A stretch of 64,000 nt of DNA from the NCBI GenBank assembly GCA_016210745.1, contig JACQTO010000080.1, positions 5,117 through 69,116 of the forward strand, given 5' to 3'. Below are positions 18,288 to 28,475 of this stretch, one piece after another; within the stretch, counting starts at the first letter, position 1, and each line of letters begins with the position of its first letter. The DNA is from Betaproteobacteria bacterium (lineage in GTDB: Bacteria; Pseudomonadota; Gammaproteobacteria; Burkholderiales; SG8-39). The notes beneath the pieces are model-generated. The model was given only the letters and a program-made list of their open reading frames with translations, did no database searches and was not told where the DNA came from. The translations under genes and the position numbers were made by a program.

Positions 18288-20177
18288 ATGAGTACCATGG
18301 TAAAAGGACTTGCCAACAGGATCCTGCGGGTCGATCTATCCAGTGGTCGCGTGTGGATCGAAGAGCCAGATGAACTCTTCTACCGACGCTACTTGGGTGG
18401 AGCCGGAATCCTCGGCTACTACTTGCTGAAAGAACTAAAAGCCGGGGTGGACCCTCTTGCACCCGAGAATATCCTCGTCTTCGCCAATGGCCCCATAACC
18501 GGCACTCCCATGCCGGGAGGCGCCCGCCTCTGCGTCGGCGCAAAGTCCCCCTTGAGCGGCGGCATGGCGAAGTCCGAAGCGGGCGGGCACTTTGGCTACG
18601 AGCTAAAGCGCGCGGGTTTTGATGCCCTCGTGGTGCAAGGGAAAGCCGAACATCCGGTGTACCTATGGATCAACAACGGCGCGGTAGCGATCAAGGACGC
18701 GTCGCATCTATGGGGACAGACGGTGCTGGCAACCCAGGACGCCATCGAGACGGAACTCGGCGAGAAGCGCCTCCCGACCGCTGCTATCGGGCCGGCCGGC
18801 GAGAATCTGGCCGCCATTTCCTGCATCATGACCGACGTGCGCAACGCGGCCGGTCGCGGCGGCCTCGGGGCAGTGATGGGGTCCAAGAATCTCAAGTGCA
18901 TCGCCGTCAAGGGCAAGACCAAGCCGCAGGAGGCAGACCCGGACAAGTATCGTGAGATGGCCCGCTGGATGAGCCACAATTTCATGAAAGCCGTCGGTAT
19001 GGCAGCAAGCATCCACAAGGTCGGCACGGGCTCTGCCGCATCGATGGTCGGTGGAAACGCAATCGGCAACCTTCCGGTGCGCAATTGGAGCGACGGGCAT
19101 TTCGACAACGCGGCGATGATCACCACCGACGCATTGCGTGACACCTACGGGTATGAGACGGAGGCCTGCCCCGCGTGCCCGGTGCGCTGCAAGAAGGTGG
19201 TGGGATTAGAAAACAGTTCCTACAAGGTGGACCGAAGGAACGGCGGCCCCGAGTACGAAACCCTCGCCGCATTCGGCTCATTTCTCGGCATCGACGATCT
19301 TGCAGCCATTTGCCGGGCGAATGAGCTGTGTGGCCTTTATTCTCTGGACACGATTTCTCTCGGCGGCACCATCGCCTTCGCCATGGAGTGCTTTGAGAAG
19401 GGGATTCTGAAGCCTGAAGACACGGGGGGCATTGACTTGCGCTTCGGCAATGCCGACGCCATGCTCGAAATGATCGGACTCATCGCGCATCGGCAAGGCA
19501 TTGGCGATATTCTGGCCGACGGCAGCAGACGAGCTGCGCAGCGCATAGGGCGCGGCGCGATAGAGCTTTCGATGCAAGTGAAGGGTGTCGAGATCGCGAT
19601 GCACGAGCCCCGGTTGAAGCAGGGGCTGGGCCTTATGTACTCGATCGCCGCTAATGGCGCGGACCACGGGAGCACCGGGCACGATGCCTTGTTTACCCAG
19701 GAAGGACGCGGCATGGATGCCGTCCGCAGCCTGGGTAGCCTCGATCCTTTGCCTGCCAATGACCTGAGCACGGCCAAGGTGGATCGGGTAAAGAACCTGC
19801 ACTTCGTGAGAAATTTCACCGATTCGCTCATCACCTGTAACTTTGTTCCCTGGACCCTCAGGCAGCAGGTGGAGATGCTGCGTGCCCTCACCGGGTGGGA
19901 CTACACGGATTTCGAGGCCCTGAGGCTAGGCGAGCGTGTTGCCACTATGGCGCGGGTTTTTAATCTCAGAGAAGGCCTGACGGCGGCCGATGATCAATTG
20001 CCCGAACGGTTTTTCTCGCCCACTCCGCGAGGCGCTTTGAAGGGCACCGCCATCGACCCGGAGGCGATGAATCGGGCGAAGCGAACTTTTTACACCCTCA
20101 TGGGCTGGGATCCCGTCACCGGCGTCCCCACGCAGGAGAAACTGGAAGAACTGGGCATCGGGTGGGTGGCCCAATGA
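18288..20177 (+). CDS. Aldehyde:ferredoxin oxidoreductase family (tungsten/molybdopterin) enzyme
   Basis: The N-terminus 'ILRVDLSSGRV..E.....RRYLGGAGI' plus 'GPEYETLAAFGS' and 'D.IS.G' regions are typical of the AOR family. The start could also be 18297. Confidence 0.85.
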   Translation: MSTMVKGLANRILRVDLSSGRVWIEEPDELFYRRYLGGAGILGYYLLKELKAGVDPLAPENILVFANGPITGTPMPGGARLCVGAKSPLSGGMAKSEAGGHFGYELKRAGFDALVVQGKAEHPVYLWINNGAVAIKDASHLWGQTVLATQDAIETELGEKRLPTAAIGPAGENLAAISCIMTDVRNAAGRGGLGAVMGSKNLKCIAVKGKTKPQEADPDKYREMARWMSHNFMKAVGMAASIHKVGTGSAASMVGGNAIGNLPVRNWSDGHFDNAAMITTDALRDTYGYETEACPACPVRCKKVVGLENSSYKVDRRNGGPEYETLAAFGSFLGIDDLAAICRANELCGLYSLDTISLGGTIAFAMECFEKGILKPEDTGGIDLRFGNADAMLEMIGLIAHRQGIGDILADGSRRAAQRIGRGAIELSMQVKGVEIAMHEPRLKQGLGLMYSIAANGADHGSTGHDALFTQEGRGMDAVRSLGSLDPLPANDLSTAKVDRVKNLHFVRNFTDSLITCNFVPWTLRQQVEMLRALTGWDYTDFEALRLGERVATMARVFNLREGLTAADDQLPERFFSPTPRGALKGTAIDPEAMNRAKRTFYTLMGWDPVTGVPTQEKLEELGIGWVAQ

Positions 20178-20224
20178 CGCGCGCCGCGCGCTGAAGAGCG
20201 CATTTTGCGCGACGGAGGCGCCAA

Positions 20225-21289
20225 ATGGACAATCCCGAGGACTTCGAGATTCTGATCGTCGATGATCAGAAGACGAACCGCGACGTACTGAATGAGCTGC
20301 TGATCCACTGGAAGTACCGGACGCGAAGAGCCGCAGATGGCGAGGAGGCTTTGGCGGAAGTGGCACGCCGGCAGCCCGATCTCATCCTGCTCGACGTGAA
20401 GATGCCGGGCATGGACGGATATGAAGTCACGCGGCGGCTCAGGGCGAACGCAGACACCAAACACATCCCTGTCGTCCTTGTCACTTCGCTCAACGATCGC
20501 GAAGCCAGGCTGCGCGGGCTCGATGCCGGCGCGGAGGATTTTCTCACCAAGCCGGTGGACAGCAGCGAACTCAAGGCGCGCGTGCGCAACTTGTTGCGGC
20601 TCAAGGAATACAGCGACTTCCTCTCCAATCACAACGCCATCCTCGCGCACCAGGTCGAGATACGCACCGCGGAGCTGAACCGCGGTTTCCGCGAAACCAT
20701 CATGACCTTGATCAAGGTGTCGACCTACAAGGACGAAGAGACAGGGGCTCACGTCAAGCGCATCAGCTATTACGCCAGCGAGCTGGCGAGGCAATTGGGC
20801 ATGGATGGCGCCTTTTCGGATGCCATCTTCTACGCGAGCCCCATGCACGATGTCGGGAAGATCGGTGTGCCGGACGCGATCCTGCAAAAGCCCGGTCCGT
20901 TCACCGCGGAGGAGTGGAGCATCATAAAGAGCCATTCCGCCTTCGGTGCGGCGATGCTCGAGGACAGCGCCTCGCCCTACCTCGTAATGGGACGCGAGAT
21001 CGCGCTCAACCACCACGAGCGCTGGAACGGCGGTGGTTATCCCAACGGACTCGAGGGCGAGGCGATCCCGCTATCGGCGCGCATCATGAATATCTGCGAT
21101 CAGTACGACGCGCTGCGAAGCGAGCGCCGCTACAAACGGGCCTTCGATCACGCCACGGCCGTGGACATCATCACCAAGGGCGACGGCCGGACCATGCCGG
21201 AGCATTTCGACCCGAACGTGCTCGAAGCATTCAAGGTCACGACCGCCAAGTTCGACGAGATCTACGGTGCGTTTCGAGAGGATAGTTGA
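20225..21289 (+). CDS. Response regulator with HD-GYP domain (RpfG family c-di-GMP phosphodiesterase)
   Basis: REC domain ('ILIVDD...DLILLDVKMPGMDG'), followed by 'HDVGKIGVPD' and 'HHERWNGGGYPNGL'. Confidence 0.9.
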   Translation: MDNPEDFEILIVDDQKTNRDVLNELLIHWKYRTRRAADGEEALAEVARRQPDLILLDVKMPGMDGYEVTRRLRANADTKHIPVVLVTSLNDREARLRGLDAGAEDFLTKPVDSSELKARVRNLLRLKEYSDFLSNHNAILAHQVEIRTAELNRGFRETIMTLIKVSTYKDEETGAHVKRISYYASELARQLGMDGAFSDAIFYASPMHDVGKIGVPDAILQKPGPFTAEEWSIIKSHSAFGAAMLEDSASPYLVMGREIALNHHERWNGGGYPNGLEGEAIPLSARIMNICDQYDALRSERRYKRAFDHATAVDIITKGDGRTMPEHFDPNVLEAFKVTTAKFDEIYGAFREDS

Positions 21290-21327
21290 AGCGCTGACGT
21301 GACCGACGGGGGTATCGAGCGGGACTC

Positions 21328-21771
21328 TCAGCAGATCTTGGCCTTGCGGCAGGAGGCTAGGGCCGGTGCCGCCGAAACGACCGGCCGGCGCTCCTTGGCC
21401 CAGGCGAGGAAGCCGTTCCTGACGTTGTACACCTTCGCGTATCCTGCCTGCTCCGACAGAAACCTGCTGACCGCCTTGGTGCGATTGCCGCTTCGGCAAA
21501 TCAGGGCCACCGGATCGCCGGGCTTGACGATGGTCCGTGCTTTTTTCAGCCAGGCGGCCCCATCGGCCCTGCCGCGTTCGTCGAAAAAGGTCAACAAGTG
21601 GCTGCCGGGCACAATGCCGGTTTCCTCCCACTCCGAGGCGGTGCGTACGTCGATCAGCGGAACGCCTGCGGCGGCGAGCCTCGCCAGTTCAGCGTTGTCG
21701 ATGTCGATGATTTCGGCGCGGGCGGCGAAGGCTACGATCAGGCAGCAACAGGCGAAAAAAATGCGGCTCAT
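21328..21771 (-). CDS. Periplasmic rhodanese-domain protein
   Basis: Signal peptide, and an active-site loop 'CRSGNRT'. Confidence 0.8.
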   Translation of the reverse strand: MSRIFFACCCLIVAFAARAEIIDIDNAELARLAAAGVPLIDVRTASEWEETGIVPGSHLLTFFDERGRADGAAWLKKARTIVKPGDPVALICRSGNRTKAVSRFLSEQAGYAKVYNVRNGFLAWAKERRPVVSAAPALASCRKAKIC

Positions 21772-21996
21772 AAGGGTTCAGTTCAAGTACGGAGAGGCCG
21801 ATTATACCGGGGCTGCGAGAGCGCGAGGACCTTGGCCGTTTCTTGCAGGCAGCGATTCGATGCAAACTTTCCCCAGGGGGAGCGGATAATTGTGCTTTCC
21901 ACGCGTTCGATTCGTTGGTTCGTCAGCGGCGGGATGTCGGCGAGCCCGGTTCGGCACGCTGCGGCTCAAGCCTGATGGGAGAGGTCGGATTCGGCA

Positions 21997-22380
21997 ATGC
22001 AGGACCGCATACGCATAGACAAGTGGCTCTGGGCGGCGCGATTTTTCAAGACGCGCAGCCTCGCGGCGAAGGCTGTCGATGGCGGCAAGGTTCGTCTGAA
22101 CGGCGAGCGCATAAAACCGGCGAAGGACGTGAAGCCAGGCGACGAGGTGATCGTCGCGAGCGGCCAACTCGAGTGGACAGTCCGCGTGCTCGCCGTTTCG
22201 GATCGGCGTGGGCCGGCGGAGCAGGCGCGCACGCTTTACGCCGAAACCGAGGCAAGCAGCGCGAAACGCGAGGCGGCGATTGCGGAGCGGAAATCAATCG
22301 CGCAGCCTGAGCGCGAGCGGCGCGGCCGGCCGACCAAGCGCGACCGCAGGCTGATCCACCGCTTCACCGAGGAACGCTGA
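21997..22380 (+). CDS. hslR: Ribosome-associated heat-shock protein Hsp15 (S4 RNA-binding domain)
   Basis: 'IRIDKWLWAARFFKTRSLA...V.GGKV..NG...KP...V..GD'. Confidence 0.85.
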   Translation: MQDRIRIDKWLWAARFFKTRSLAAKAVDGGKVRLNGERIKPAKDVKPGDEVIVASGQLEWTVRVLAVSDRRGPAEQARTLYAETEASSAKREAAIAERKSIAQPERERRGRPTKRDRRLIHRFTEER

Positions 22381-22427
22381 TTCCGATCAGACGCAGCGAT
22401 ACCCCTCGCGCAAATCGCTGCCGCGCG

Positions 22428-23426
22428 CTAGTCGAGCTTGACGCCCACCGATTTGACCAGCCGGCCCCAGCGGGCATAGTCGGTCTTCAACATGGAGGAG
22501 AATTCTTCGCGGGAGTCGCCCCCGGGTTCCATCCCCTGCGGCTTCAGGTATTTTTCGGTAAAGCTGTCGGCTCGATTGTCCTGCAGCACCTTTACGATAT
22601 CGGCGCGAATCTTCTCGAGCACCGGGGCCGGCGTTCCTCCCGGGGCCATCATGGCAAACCAGGAGATCATCGTATAGCCGGGCACTCCCGACTCCACAAC
22701 GGTCGGGATATCCGGCAGCGCCGAGAGGCGCTTTTCACCGGCAACGGCGACTACTTTGAGCTTGCCCGCTTTCCCGTGCGGCGCAAACAGGGGATAGCTG
22801 GCCATCATCAGTCCCACTCGCCCGCCGATCAGGTCGGTGAGCGCGGGCGCACCGCCTTTGTACGGCACATGCACCAAATCCAACCCCGCCATCTGCTTCA
22901 ACTGTTCTATCGCCAAATGCGGATTGGAACCGTTGCCCCACGACCCGTACACGATCTTGCCCGGATTGGCCTTGACGTAGGCAAGAAACTCCTTGAAGGT
23001 GCTCGCTGGCACCGCATTGCTCAAAGCGAACACGAGCGTTGAGCGAAACACGACGGTTATCGGCGCGAAATCGGTGAGAGCGTTGTAATTCAGCTTCGAG
23101 AATAGGTGAGGGGTGATGACAAAGGTCCCGTTATCCGCGAAGAGCAGCGTATAGCCGTCGGGGGCGGATTTAGCGACATATTCGGCACCGATGGTAGTTC
23201 CGGCGCCGGGACGGTTTTCAACGATGACCGGCTGCCCCCAGATTTCCGACAAGCGTTGCGCCACGCTGCGCCCCGCGGTATCCGTCACGGCTCCCGGGGT
23301 GTACGGCACAACGATTTTGACCACCTTGTTTGGGAACGCCTGCTCCTGAGCGCCGGTGATTGCAGGCATTGCGGCCAGCAGCATGGCGGTAAGCGCAGAT
23401 GCGCCGAAGCACATGAATCGTTTCAT
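22428..23426 (-). CDS. Bug-family (TctC-like) tripartite tricarboxylate transporter substrate-binding protein
   Basis: Signal peptide and 'FPNKVVKIVVPYTPGAVTD...'. Length is about 330 aa. Confidence 0.85.
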   Translation of the reverse strand: MKRFMCFGASALTAMLLAAMPAITGAQEQAFPNKVVKIVVPYTPGAVTDTAGRSVAQRLSEIWGQPVIVENRPGAGTTIGAEYVAKSAPDGYTLLFADNGTFVITPHLFSKLNYNALTDFAPITVVFRSTLVFALSNAVPASTFKEFLAYVKANPGKIVYGSWGNGSNPHLAIEQLKQMAGLDLVHVPYKGGAPALTDLIGGRVGLMMASYPLFAPHGKAGKLKVVAVAGEKRLSALPDIPTVVESGVPGYTMISWFAMMAPGGTPAPVLEKIRADIVKVLQDNRADSFTEKYLKPQGMEPGGDSREEFSSMLKTDYARWGRLVKSVGVKLD

Positions 23427-23795
23427 CAGGTCTCCTCCTGTCGCGATTAAATGGAACTGTTCTGCCTTGGGACTCCCGCTACCTCGTGGTCGTTGTATAG
23501 CTCAACGTGCAGCCACTGCGGGAAACGCAATCATATGACGCTGCGCTGCTTTGCGCTCGGTGCCGTGTGCGTTGCGAACCTCGGGCCAGGCTCATAACGT
23601 ATTCAAGTCGCCTGCTGCTGGACTCGCTAGCGAGCTGGTAGCAAACTGTAGCCTGGAAAAAATACAAGACAGTTTTCGAACAATTCGCTGCCGTGGCTCT
23701 CTTGTTGGGGCAGGCCGGTGCTCGACCGGCACCGGCGCCGAATTGTATTTGGTAGGGCGAGCGCCCCGCAGCGCCATAAGAGGAGGACGTTGACC

Positions 23796-25412
23796 ATGAC
23801 AAAGGACATTTTCATGGCTCAGCATGAAGCAGATGTTGTCATCGTCGGCGCGGGTACGGCGGGTTGCGTGCTTGCCGGACGGCTCTCGGAAGTCGCAGGC
23901 TTGCGTGTTTTGTTGCTCGAAGCGGGCGGACCGGATCGCAATATCTGGATCCGCGTTCCCGGCGGAGTAAAGAAGACGATCGGCAACCCGAAGCTGGACT
24001 GGTGCATTTCGACTGAACCGGTTCCCGGCACGAATGGCAGGCGCATGCCGCTTCCGCGCGGAAAAGTGCTCGGCGGCACCGGCGCCCTGAACGGCATGAC
24101 CTACATTCGCGGCAACCCGCGCGACTACGACCGCTGGCGCGATTCGGGCAACGAGGGCTGGGGCTGGAATGATGTTCTGCCGTACTTTCGCCGCGCCGAG
24201 TCGAACGTGCGCGGCGCCGACAAGTTCCATGGAGATTCCGGTCCGCTTGGGATTTCCGACAACCCGCATGACCAGATCAACGACGCCTTCCTGCAAGCCG
24301 CCGCCGAAGCCGGCTATCCGCTGAACCACGATTTCAACGGGCCGTTTCAGGAAGGCGGGGGCTACTATCAGAAGATGATCTGGCGCGGCCGGCGCTCTTG
24401 CGGGGCGGATGCCTATCTGCATCCGGCGATGAAGCGACCCAATCTTCAGGTGCTGACTTCTTCCCATGCCACACGAATACTCTTCGATGGAAAGCGCGCC
24501 ACCGGCGTCGAATTCAAGCGCGGCGGCGAGATCCACACGGCAAGCGCCAAGCGCGAAGTAATCGTCGCGGGCGGTGCGTATCATTCGCCCCATCTGCTGC
24601 AGCTCTCCGGCGTCGGTCCGGCGCAGCTCCTCAAGCGTCATGGCGTTTCCTTGGTTGCCGATATGCCTGGGGTGGGCGCGAATCTTCAGGATCACCTTCA
24701 GGTGAGATTGCTTCTCCGGTGCACCGAACCGATCACCGTCAACGATATTCTCGCTTCACCCCTGCGTCTCGCCGGCGAAGTCGCCCGCTACGCGCTGTTT
24801 CACACCGGCATGCTCGCGGCGGGACTGTTCCGCACCGGCCTGTTCGCGTGTTCTTCGAGCGTTCCTGCGGGCTGGCCGGATCTGCAGATGTTTTTTACCG
24901 CCATCGGCTACAACAGCGTCAACGAGCCGCCGCTCCCCTTTTCGAGTTTCACGATCTCGGTGTGTCTGCTGCGGCCGACAAGCCGGGGGCGAGTGGAGAT
25001 CGGTTCAAACGATCCGTTTGCATTGCCGAAAATCCACCCGAATTACCTCGACACCGAATACGACCGCGGGGCGATGATCGAGGGATTCAAGATCGGGCGA
25101 ACGCTGCTCGCGAAGCCTTCGCTCGCCAAGTATGTGGCCGAGGAACTCATGCCTGGGCCGGAGTGCCAGAGCGACGCGGAGATCCTCGAGCATGTGCGAG
25201 CGATCGGCGGCACGGTGCATCATCCGGTGGGCACCTGCAGCATGGGCAAGGACGCCGTGGTGGACGCGGGTCTGCGCGTCCACGGCCTAGGAGGATTGCG
25301 GGTGGTCGACGGCTCGATCATGCCCTATCTGATGTCCGGCAACACCAACGCGCCCATCGTGATGATCGCGGAAAAGGCAAGCGACCTGATCCGCGAAGAT
25401 CTGCGCGCCTAG
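23796..25412 (+). CDS. GMC-family FAD oxidoreductase (choline/alcohol dehydrogenase-like), paralogue 1
   Basis: 'DVVIVGAGTAGCVLAGRLSE' is a Rossmann motif, with the 'GGTGALNGM.Y.RG' and 'HP.GTC.MG' GMC signatures. Confidence 0.9.
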   Translation: MTKDIFMAQHEADVVIVGAGTAGCVLAGRLSEVAGLRVLLLEAGGPDRNIWIRVPGGVKKTIGNPKLDWCISTEPVPGTNGRRMPLPRGKVLGGTGALNGMTYIRGNPRDYDRWRDSGNEGWGWNDVLPYFRRAESNVRGADKFHGDSGPLGISDNPHDQINDAFLQAAAEAGYPLNHDFNGPFQEGGGYYQKMIWRGRRSCGADAYLHPAMKRPNLQVLTSSHATRILFDGKRATGVEFKRGGEIHTASAKREVIVAGGAYHSPHLLQLSGVGPAQLLKRHGVSLVADMPGVGANLQDHLQVRLLLRCTEPITVNDILASPLRLAGEVARYALFHTGMLAAGLFRTGLFACSSSVPAGWPDLQMFFTAIGYNSVNEPPLPFSSFTISVCLLRPTSRGRVEIGSNDPFALPKIHPNYLDTEYDRGAMIEGFKIGRTLLAKPSLAKYVAEELMPGPECQSDAEILEHVRAIGGTVHHPVGTCSMGKDAVVDAGLRVHGLGGLRVVDGSIMPYLMSGNTNAPIVMIAEKASDLIREDLRA

Positions 25413-25802
25413 CGGGTGAGCGGGTGCATGGATTCATTAACGGTCATAGACTAGGGACTCAGGCGGAGCGGCAGCTTTCCAAATCGGCGAATTCACACTC
25501 ACGACCCGTAGCGGTCATTCTTGTTGACTATTGACCCCGACTTGTTCGAGCCCTCGTCGTCGACCGCGCCGGCGCGCCGCGACCGAGCGGAATACGGGCG
25601 TCCACGGGTCGGTATAGGGCTGCAGTTGCTCGCAGCCGATCAACGCGCCGTTCGGCAGCACCCGTCAAAACCGGCGCGAATTTTCCCGCCGAATTCTCGT
25701 ATCAGGCGGATCAGACGCATAGATCGGAGCGGGTTTAATGGTACATTGAAAAGATAAACAAGAATCCGTCTGGCAGACGGGATTACCGGAGGAGTCCACA
25801 TC

Positions 25803-26762
25803 ATGTCGATTCGATTCGCGCTTTTATTCGCGGCGCTTGCGCTGTTCTGCGAGGCATCGGCACAGCCTTACCCTGCGAAACCTATCCGGTTTCTCGTGCC
25901 TTATACACCTGGCGGCAGCACCGACATCGTCGCGCGCACTGTCGCGGTGCCGCTTCAGCACGCATTGGGCCAGCCAATTGTGATCGAGAATCGGCCGGGC
26001 GCGGCCGAAGTGCTTGCCACGGAGTTGCTTGCGCGCTCGGAGCCGAACGGATACACGATCCTGCTCATCTCCAACACGTTTGCCATAAATGAAACATTTG
26101 TGCCGAAAGTCCCCTACAACTCCGAAAGAGATTTTGCTTCGGTTGTGAAGCTGGTCGACGTTCCTTTCGCAATGCTCGTCAACCCTGCACTGTCGGTAAA
26201 TTCGGTGAGCGAGCTAGTCGCGTGGGCTAAATCTCATCCTGGAAAGGGCAACTACGCCCATTACGGCATTGGTACGCCGCATTTCCTCACGATGGAATGG
26301 TTCAAGCGCGTTACCGGCATCGATATGGTCGGAATACCATACAATGGCGCGGTCCCGGGCCTTACCGCTGTGGCCACTGGGGACGTTGCAGTGCTCACGA
26401 CCGGCCTGGGCGGCGCCTTGTCGTTTATCAAGTCGGGGAAAGTCAAGGCGATTGCGAGCGCATCGGCGAGGCGTCTCGCGTCCATGCCCGAGCTTCCCAC
26501 AATAGCCGAGTCAGGCTATTCGAACTTCGACCTGACAAGCTGGTTTGGCATTCTGACACGCGCCGGCACGCCCCCAGAGGTGGTGGAGCGGCTGAATTTG
26601 GAATTCACCCGGGCGGTCACTGCGCCGGACGTCAAGCAGCGTATGGCCAGCCTCGGTTATGAGTCGTCTCCCATGTCGAGCAGAGAATTCGGAAGATTTA
26701 TCCGGCGAGAGATCGACAACTGGGGCAGGATCATCAAGGCGACCGGTATCAAGAGGGAATGA
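25803..26762 (+). CDS. Bug-family (TctC-like) substrate-binding protein
   Basis: Signal peptide and 'YPAKPIRFLVPYTPGGSTD'. Confidence 0.85.
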   Translation: MSIRFALLFAALALFCEASAQPYPAKPIRFLVPYTPGGSTDIVARTVAVPLQHALGQPIVIENRPGAAEVLATELLARSEPNGYTILLISNTFAINETFVPKVPYNSERDFASVVKLVDVPFAMLVNPALSVNSVSELVAWAKSHPGKGNYAHYGIGTPHFLTMEWFKRVTGIDMVGIPYNGAVPGLTAVATGDVAVLTTGLGGALSFIKSGKVKAIASASARRLASMPELPTIAESGYSNFDLTSWFGILTRAGTPPEVVERLNLEFTRAVTAPDVKQRMASLGYESSPMSSREFGRFIRREIDNWGRIIKATGIKRE

Positions 26763-27135
26763 ATCGTCGGTTTCCGTAGTCTGTGCCGCGTTCGACGGCA
26801 TGCGTCGCAATCGGAGACCGACACGCAAGATGTAACAGAGCTCGGCCTCAAACTGAACCGTTACCGGAGATTGTGATAAACGTCACGAAAGCCTGAAATA
26901 CTTGAACCATTCCACCTGCACTCTCCACCTGCAACACCGCTCATATTCAACGGCATTGGTTCAGGTTCTATAAACTTCCTGAGCTTCCCCGGGAGGCCTA
27001 CGGAGACTACTCGCTGTGCGAACCGGATATAGTGGCTTCAAGGGTGGCTGTGATTTATCACATAGCGGCACTCCTCCCTAACCAAGTGCTGCTCCTGTCA
27101 CATGCAGCACTGGTAAAGCCGCTAAGGAGACGGAG

Positions 27136-27174
27136 CGGGTAGAGCCCTATGGATGGACTACCCGTTCTTTTTTG
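27136..27174 (+). terminator. Intrinsic-terminator-like hairpin CGGGTAG-N15-CTACCCG followed by TTCTTTTTTG
   Basis: Read directly. Lies about 370 nt downstream of the TctC stop and about 70 nt upstream of the TfoX-like ORF. Confidence 0.45.
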
Positions 27175-27242
27175 CCTCGTGGTGCTTGTGCCACCAGCCT
27201 GTCCGCGCGTTATTATTCCCATAGATCAAGAGCCACCAACCC

Positions 27243-27584
27243 GTGACCCCCAACCCCGTTGACCTAAGCCACAAAGCCGTTCTCGATTCATTTCTCCTCA
27301 AGATTCCCGGTGTTACAGCCGGGGAGATGACAGGTCTTCTTGCGTATTTCGTCGCTAAGAAGATGTTTGCCTGTATTTGCAACGGCGGTGTCGGAATAAG
27401 ACTCTCTGGCCCCGAGGCGGCGAATCTGCAATTCTCCATGGGAAACGTTGTTCCCTTTCAGCCAAAAGGCACACGGAGCACCAGGGAGTGGATTCAAATC
27501 AACCACGAGAATTCAGCGGACTACGAGAAGGATTTATCCTTGTTTATGGCATCGATTGAATTTGTGAGGCGAGCAAGGACCTAG
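27243..27584 (+). CDS. TfoX N-terminal-domain family protein
   Basis: 'GVTAGEMTGLLAYFVAKKMFACICNGGVGIRL' resembles the TfoX_N core 'kmFGG.gf.vnGkmFa.v....l.lr'. Sits in a lower-GC patch. The GTG start is uncertain. Confidence 0.5.
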   Translation: MTPNPVDLSHKAVLDSFLLKIPGVTAGEMTGLLAYFVAKKMFACICNGGVGIRLSGPEAANLQFSMGNVVPFQPKGTRSTREWIQINHENSADYEKDLSLFMASIEFVRRART

Positions 27585-27713
27585 CCATTAGGCCGGTGGC
27601 CCGGACTGCCTCGCTACCTCAGCCCGGGAAACAGTACCCACGCACCGCTCGCGAATATTCAACGGCAACGGCAGCGAGCAGCAGCCCCAGGATGCGCCTG
27701 AGGCGTTGCGCCA

Positions 27714-28475
27714 CTAGGCCTTGAGCCGATACCCGGTCCTGAAAATCCACGCCACGATCGCCAGCGAAGTCGCCAGAAACACCCCCGTCATCGCAAGGCT
27801 GATGCCGACACTGACATCCGCGAGCCCGTAGAAACTCCACCGGAAGCCGCTGACCAGGTACACCACAGGATTGAACAACGCGGCCGTCCGCCAGAACGGC
27901 GGCAACATGTCGATGGAATAGAAACTCCCGCCAAGAAACGTGAGCGGCGTGATGATCAGCAGCGGTATGACCTGCAGTTTCTCGAAGCCGTCGGCCCAGA
28001 TGCCGATGATGAAACCGAAAAGGCTGAACGTAACCGAGGTCAGCACGAGGAACAGGATCATCCAAAAAGGATGTTCAATGCGCAACGGCACGATCAGCGC
28101 CGCCGTCGCCAGGATGATCAGGCCGAGGATCACCGATTTGGTCGCGGCCGCTCCGACGTAGCTCGCCACGACCTCGAAGGAAGACACCGGCGCCGACAGG
28201 AGCTCGTAGATCGTCCCGGTGAACTTCGGAAAGTAGATGCCGAACGACGCGTTGGACATGCTTTGCGTCAGCAGCGAAAGCATGATCAGCCCGGGCACGA
28301 TGAACGCGCCGTAGCTGACTCCCTCCACCTCGGGGATGCGCGAGCCGATCGCCGCGCCGAAGACGACGAAGTACAGGGACGTCGAAATCACCGGGGAGAT
28401 GATGCTCTGCATCAGTGTGCGCCCCGTGCGCGCCATTTCGAACGCGTAGATCGCGCGTATCGCATAGACGTTCAT
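27714..28475 (-). CDS. ABC-2 type transporter permease (YadH-like)
   Basis: 253 aa with 6 hydrophobic spans. Overlaps the upstream ATPase gene by 4 nt. Confidence 0.8.
   Translation of the reverse strand: MNVYAIRAIYAFEMARTGRTLMQSIISPVISTSLYFVVFGAAIGSRIPEVEGVSYGAFIVPGLIMLSLLTQSMSNASFGIYFPKFTGTIYELLSAPVSSFEVVASYVGAAATKSVILGLIILATAALIVPLRIEHPFWMILFLVLTSVTFSLFGFIIGIWADGFEKLQVIPLLIITPLTFLGGSFYSIDMLPPFWRTAALFNPVVYLVSGFRWSFYGLADVSVGISLAMTGVFLATSLAIVAWIFRTGYRLKA

Noticed and set aside
26850-27135. A c-di-GMP-I (GEMM-I) riboswitch upstream of the TfoX-like gene, by analogy with Vibrio.
   Set aside because: I could not find the GGCAAACC / GACGCAAAGCC / CCGG...GCCGGG core. The only resemblance is 'CACGAAAGCC' at 26884-26893, and a partial TPP-like 'CTGAAA..TTGAACC' also lacks the remaining consensus. 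It is kept only as an unclassified structured leader.
27158-27439. A 93-aa ORF on the minus strand overlapping the TfoX-like gene, and a 114-aa ORF at 48717-49061(-).
   Set aside because: There are no motifs and the composition is odd. The first overlaps a better-supported gene and a terminator hairpin. The second lies in a lower-GC leader with no RBS.
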